Origin: Candidatus Scalindua sp.
Lineage (GTDB): Bacteria; Planctomycetota; Brocadiia; Brocadiales; Scalinduaceae
Direction: 5' to 3'
NCBI GenBank assembly: GCA_031316235.1
Contig: JALDRA010000001.1
Coordinates: forward strand, 30,001-62,000
Length of the DNA: 32,000 nt
The notes under the pieces: model-generated
Told to the model about the DNA's origin: nothing
What the model saw: only the letters and a program-made list of their open reading frames with translations
The model's database searches: none
Shown here: positions 27,936 to 32,000 of the stretch, one piece after another
Layout of the letters: every line of letters starts with the position of its first letter
Position numbering within the stretch: the first letter of the stretch is position 1
Made by a program: the position numbers and the translations under genes

Positions 27936-28487
27936 TTAGAATATATTCTTTAATCTCTTGTTAAAGCCTTTAAGGCCCGGTGTTTCAATGATATCATTAT
28001 CTCTGTATATCTTAAAAAGTTTATAAGCAGTATTGTCCAATAGATATATCTCTATAGACTCATCCTCCGGAATTACGATCCAGTATTCCTTTACACCAAA
28101 TTGTGCATAAAGTTTCTTCTTTTGAACCATGTCTCTATAGGCACTGCTCTTGGAGATTATCTCTATTGTTATACAAGGGGCTCCCTGGATATTCTTTTCT
28201 CCTATGATATTCAGCCTCTCCTTTGAAATAAACATAATATCAGGTTGAACCACATTTCCCTCATCAAGGTATACATCGCACGGCGTAAAAAATATCTCCC
28301 CAAGGTTCTTTTCGTTTACAAACTTCTCTAACAAAAACTCCAGCTTTCTTAGAATCCTTTGATGTCCTGTAGTTGGAGATGGAGTCATAAGTAGTTCCCC
28401 CTCTATAAGTTCATACCTCTTATCATCAGACATCATAACATAATCTTCATACGTATATTTTTTCTTCTTTTCAATAACTTTTGTCAT
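27936..28487 (-). CDS. Uma2-family (DUF820) PD-(D/E)XK endonuclease
   Basis: 183 aa: ..YTYEDY..DDKRYELIEGEL.MTPSPTTGHQ.. then ..VVQPDIMFISKE.. and ..APCITIEIISKSS..D...K...YA..GV.EYWIV. This is the typical Uma2 pattern. Confidence 0.85.
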   Translation of the reverse strand: MTKVIEKKKKYTYEDYVMMSDDKRYELIEGELLMTPSPTTGHQRILRKLEFLLEKFVNEKNLGEIFFTPCDVYLDEGNVVQPDIMFISKERLNIIGEKNIQGAPCITIEIISKSSAYRDMVQKKKLYAQFGVKEYWIVIPEDESIEIYLLDNTAYKLFKIYRDNDIIETPGLKGFNKRLKNIF

Positions 28488-28761
28488 AGGTATCCTCCTA
28501 CCCGGTGCAAGCCGGTAAAGGAAATAAGATTTACGAATTACAATTTACGATTTTTATTGATGTTTTTAATGCAGCACTAAAAATAGAAACCAGCTCATTT
28601 GTTTCATTTTTCTTTAATACACCGAAGGTTAAAGTAGAAGGGTAAGTTTCCCCATTTTAATTTTTCCCGCCAAGAGCGTTCATACTTTATCAAGAAATAA
28701 TTTTAGCATTAAAAATATTATACCTGATAACACTGGGTGCATTCCCAATTTATTGTAAAAT

Positions 28762-30180
28762 TTATTTAACAATTCGAAGACTTCTCTTAAATTTTTTATT
28801 TTTAATTCTTTCCTGGTCGTCCCTTTTGTATTTTTCGATAACTTTATCGTAAGTACCGTTATATTTCGCGCATCTGATCTTGAGTATGTTATTAGCGTTT
28901 TGGATATACCACCAAGCTCCTGATCGTTTAAGCCTTGTATGGCTAATGAATTTATTGGCGCTTTCAATAGCACCGCTGCCAATGTGATATCCTCCACGCT
29001 TGGCGGAACTGTAATCCATCTTTTCACAATGATTTGTGAGATAGGTATAAAACTTGTCAATTTTATCTTGAATATCTTGAGTTCGGGCTTTCATCTTTCC
29101 AAGACCGCCAAGCACCTCTTCATGGTAACCATAATATATTCTTGTCAGAGTCGCCTCACACCACTGTAGAGACTCTCTTGTCTCTTTTCCGTAATGGGCA
29201 TTGGCTACACCATGGACATACTCCGAGCAATGGTAATAGTCGAGAATCTCTTTTGCCGAGGGAAATATTTCTTTACATCGGTTCCAGATCCAGGGAGCAC
29301 CGTCTCCTATAATTCCCAGGCGTATCTTCTCGTGGGGAATAAGCCCGGCTTCTTTGATCTTAACCAAGTATTCTGCTAATTCGTGATCTGCACAAACCTG
29401 GTGCCAGCTAATTAAATGAATAATAGTTTGACCATCGATGAGATACAGTCTAAAACCTTTAATCTCTTTGTATTCTCCCTTGCCTCTTTTCCCTTTACGG
29501 GGGTGAGGACTTGGCTCGGGACGCATCGGCCCGTGGGCTCCATCCAGGGCAAGCATCATAATGGGACGACGAAACTTATCCACTGAGAGGTTTTCTATCT
29601 GCTTATCAATCTCTTCCCTGGGCGGGCAGACATCCAAAATTCCCACTTCTTGACCAATGGCATTCGTGGTCTCATGCATATGATGTTCACTCAGCTTTAC
29701 TCCGGTTATTCTCTCGTAGGTTTCGCTGGCCGTCTCATAGGCCGTTTCGCTTGACAACCAGGCTTCCACATCTTGCACATCATATTGCTTCGATGATTCA
29801 GACAATCCAAGGGCTTCGTCTAAAGGATAGTATCCTAAACGACACGCTCTGCAATAAAAATAAGGCCTGGTTAATTCAAATTGTCCGGCAAGGGTTTGGA
29901 TAGTCTTGGATTGTTTTCCTTGTCTTTGCATACCCTTGCCGCATTCGGGGCAATCGCAGCTTTGCTGATTCAATAAATGTCCAAATTTCCTCTCTATGAA
30001 CCCAAGAATCAGTTGTCCTAATATCTCCGCTCTCTCTTCGAAAACAGCTTTTGAGATTTCTCCTAAATCTTCCATTGAGTACTCTTCCTCAATCTTATCC
30101 AATCGGGTGTCTAAAAAACCATAAAATAAAGCTCTCCAGTTATCGGATGACTCTATCTTTCTTTTCACCACACAAGTCAA
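28762..30180 (-). mobile_element. ISKra4-like transposase gene (apparently intact); element ends not defined
   Basis: 472 aa with the zinc-ribbon pair CDCPECG...YFYCRACRLGYYPLDEALGL followed by a DDE-type body (..LALDGAH.., ..IIGDGAPWIW.., ..DYYHCSEY..). This architecture is characteristic of ISKra4-family transposases. The track start is TTG, and the true start may be internal (MEDLGEI..). Confidence 0.75.
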
Positions 30181-30203
30181 AAATACCCCCTTTCAAAAGA
30201 CTT

Positions 30204-30869
30204 CTATCGCTCCCTGAATACATCTATGGCGAATAGTAACGCCTGACGTTCTAATACAGGCATGGATTTAAGTTTCGCTGTCCACCTTTTGGTCTTCCTC
30301 TTTATCCGTTCCCGCTCACGAAAGTTATTGCCAAGATAACGATAGTCGTGCAGTCCTACCGGAACACTATAGTTCATCCATAACCACTCCGTTGCTACGC
30401 CATGATGACAGACGGCCTGAAAAGAATGTGTCTGCCAGCTACGCAATGATTCTTTGTATAAGGTTGACTCGTAACCGGATATCATCACCATGCAGGGAAG
30501 AGTTTTCAAAACTTCCAAAAGTTCGATGTGCTGCGCACGGCTATAGTCATATTTATATAGCCGTCCATACTTTTTCCTTGTCTCGCGAAGATATGGTGGG
30601 TCACAATATACCAGTTCTTTTCCTGTGAAATGATAATTATTCAGATAATTAATTGCGTCATCATGGACCAGTTCAAAACCTATTGGATGCATATTTGTCC
30701 ACATCTCAACAACTTCCGAGTCAATTTCTATCCCAAAATTACTCCTGGCAGGTCGTTTGTTCCGTATAACAGCGCCACCACCCAAATGAGTCTCTATGTA
30801 GACATCATGGGGTGGCATAAGATTGATTAACTTTTGGAATACACCTCCTTTGCCGCCTGGATAATTCAT
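30204..30869 (-). CDS. DNA N6-adenine methyltransferase, D12 (Dam-like) class, short form
   Basis: 221 aa with N-terminal YPGGKG (AdoMet-binding motif of D12 enzymes) and the catalytic DPPY (..VYCDPPYLRE..). No adjacent restriction-enzyme candidate is present. Confidence 0.7.
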   Translation of the reverse strand: MNYPGGKGGVFQKLINLMPPHDVYIETHLGGGAVIRNKRPARSNFGIEIDSEVVEMWTNMHPIGFELVHDDAINYLNNYHFTGKELVYCDPPYLRETRKKYGRLYKYDYSRAQHIELLEVLKTLPCMVMISGYESTLYKESLRSWQTHSFQAVCHHGVATEWLWMNYSVPVGLHDYRYLGNNFRERERIKRKTKRWTAKLKSMPVLERQALLFAIDVFRER

Positions 30870-31011
30870 GGAAGAATTATCGTTGAAAACAACGAGGAAG
30901 TCAAGATCTTTTATTATATTTTACAAAAAATCGGGAATGCTCCCATAACACTCCTATCTGTCCAATCCAGAAAACAAATGTCCATTTGATTATATCGGAC
31001 TTACTCTTTTC

Positions 31012-31124
31012 TATACTCATCTCATAATGGTTTTCGGATAAAACCCGAGACAAAATTGAGCGAGTATAACTGCAACCAAGATTTTGTTTCCGGTAAAGCC
31101 GAAAACCAAATCGGTTTTAGTATA
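31012..31124 (+). repeat. MITE family 1, full length (copy H)
   Basis: tatactcatctcataatggttttcggataaaacccgagacaaaattgagcgagtataactgcaaccaagattttgtttccggtaaagccgaaaaccaaatcggttttagtata. Confidence 0.85.
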
Positions 31125-31537
31125 TCTCAATTCTATGTTTTCCACACTCCTCAGTGATTTCCTGGTTCAACCTACCGGTTTCTTCGGTAAGTCGTCTTTC
31201 AAACCTTTCTTCGGCAAACACTATAATCTCCTCGTGATTACGGGAACTTCTTCTTGTTCAATTGAAAAATAATCGCTACAAGGTATCACACGTTACAATA
31301 ATATAGCCTGCTCCCTTTAATAATTCAATTTGCTTTTGCATTAAAGCTATTCCTTACCTGGCAGAGCCAGAACCAAAAAGGAATAAATTTTATATGTGTT
31401 CTTGTTCGGCCAGGTTGTTAAATGAAAACCTGACCACCTGTGCCGAACATTGCAGTATTCAAAAAGATCAGAAAATCAAGATATTGCAATTTAGAGACTA
31501 AGTGGTATCTGAAGCGGAAAGCTAAAATATCTCAAGA

Positions 31538-31627
31538 TTTCGTGTAATTCTGTGCTATTTCGTGGGCTATTAAAGAAAAATTCTTTGGAATCATGTTGCC
31601 TGCCCACTGATACCACGAAAGAACACT
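31538..31627. repeat. gene-less tip-to-tip doublet of the class-3 cassette repeats
   Basis: 31538-31568 is atttcgtgtaattctgtgctatttcgtgggc. After a 34-bp spacer, 31603-31627 is gcccactgataccacgaaagaacac. These are the same TTTCGTG/CACGAAA and GTGGGC/GCCCAC elements as at 22145-22619, but the GCCCAC tips face each other. Confidence 0.6.
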
Positions 31628-31758
31628 ATTACTATAGCTCTATTCCCGACTTGTCTTACGATAATGCATTCTTGCCTAAATATGAGGATTGAAACCAAAA
31701 AAGAGGAATCCCGTTAGAGACATAAGCCCTAACGGGATACGTGACTCACTAATTAGAA

Positions 31759-32000
31759 TCAAGGAGTTGTTCTTACTCTCAAGGGAGGGGAAGGTGGAAT
31801 TGTGTCTATAGTGCTTCCATTAAAAAGAACCTGGACTTCGTCCGCGGTGAGTGCTCGATCGTAAATACGCAGGTCATCAATTTTACCGTTAAAAGGAATT
31901 GAAATCGGTGTCGCAACGAGATCGTTACTACTCCAGCTTGCAGCCCCTAAAACGATTGGTTCGAAGTTACCACTTCCCCCTGATGTAATTCCTAATCCTC
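31759..32000 (-). CDS. C-terminal end of a LamG/concanavalin-like domain protein (partial, continues past the window)
   Basis: The minus-strand frame is open to the window edge: ..GAASWSSNDLVATPISIPFNGKIDDLRIYDRALTADEVQVLFNGSTIDTIPPSPPLRVRTTP*. F.G.IDD(L/V)RIY.RAL...E is the LamG_3-type signature. The stop codon is at 31759-31761. Confidence 0.65.
   Translation of the reverse strand, partial: GLGITSGGSGNFEPIVLGAASWSSNDLVATPISIPFNGKIDDLRIYDRALTADEVQVLFNGSTIDTIPPSPPLRVRTTP

Noticed and set aside
28680-29060. 126-aa minus-strand ORF overlapping the 3' end of the ISKra4-like transposase gene in another frame.
   Set aside because: It is wholly explained by overlap with the transposase reading frame and has no motif. 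It is most likely spurious.
4181-30830. Track ORFs lying antisense inside long, well-supported genes: 4181-4411, 5839-6105, 7330-7533, 12398-12628, 16266-16580, 17070-17300, 21461-21697, 22732-22941, 25916-26251, 26545-26748, 28939-29169, 29194-29379, 30051-30236, 30392-30628, 30630-30830.
   Set aside because: They are shadow ORFs on the opposite strand of genes with clear family signatures. Their composition is low-complexity and they contain no recognisable motifs.
1942-31124. Whether the recurring 113-bp element could be a CRISPR array or tandem repeat.
   Set aside because: The copies are kilobases apart at irregular spacing, are far longer than CRISPR repeats, and show TA target duplication. 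No cas genes are present.

Overview
AT-rich bacterial window (GC looks mid-30s % by eye, not computed). I found no rRNA, tRNA or CRISPR. The core, about 3.7-23.6 kb and entirely on the minus strand, is an exopolysaccharide locus of the PEP-CTERM/exosortase-A-associated type. It holds two AsnB-like amidotransferases, an O-antigen-ligase-like membrane protein, two GT4 and three GT2 glycosyltransferases, a GT-C-like membrane protein, a FemAB-like protein and a DUF3473-type polysaccharide deacetylase. No exosortase gene lies in the window. The locus and its left flank carry decayed IS fragments from the IS110, IS630, IS3/IS481, IS4, IS1182 and ISL3 families. The right part (25.8-32 kb) holds a beta-CASP metallo-hydrolase, a Uma2 endonuclease, an apparently intact ISKra4-like transposase, a short Dam-type methyltransferase and the 3' end of a LamG-domain gene. 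Three observations stand out. (1) Small GxxExxY (PD-(D/E)XK-fold) genes of three diverged classes sit in intergenic gaps. Each class is bracketed by its own inverted repeats made of phased short motifs, and there are tandem decayed copies and gene-less doublets, which suggests a selfish nuclease-plus-repeat system. (2) A roughly 113-bp MITE-like element with a TA target duplication is present in nine copies, all in one orientation. (3) A second roughly 145-bp MITE is present in two copies. All alignments were made by eye, so repeat coordinates may be off by 1-2 bp.
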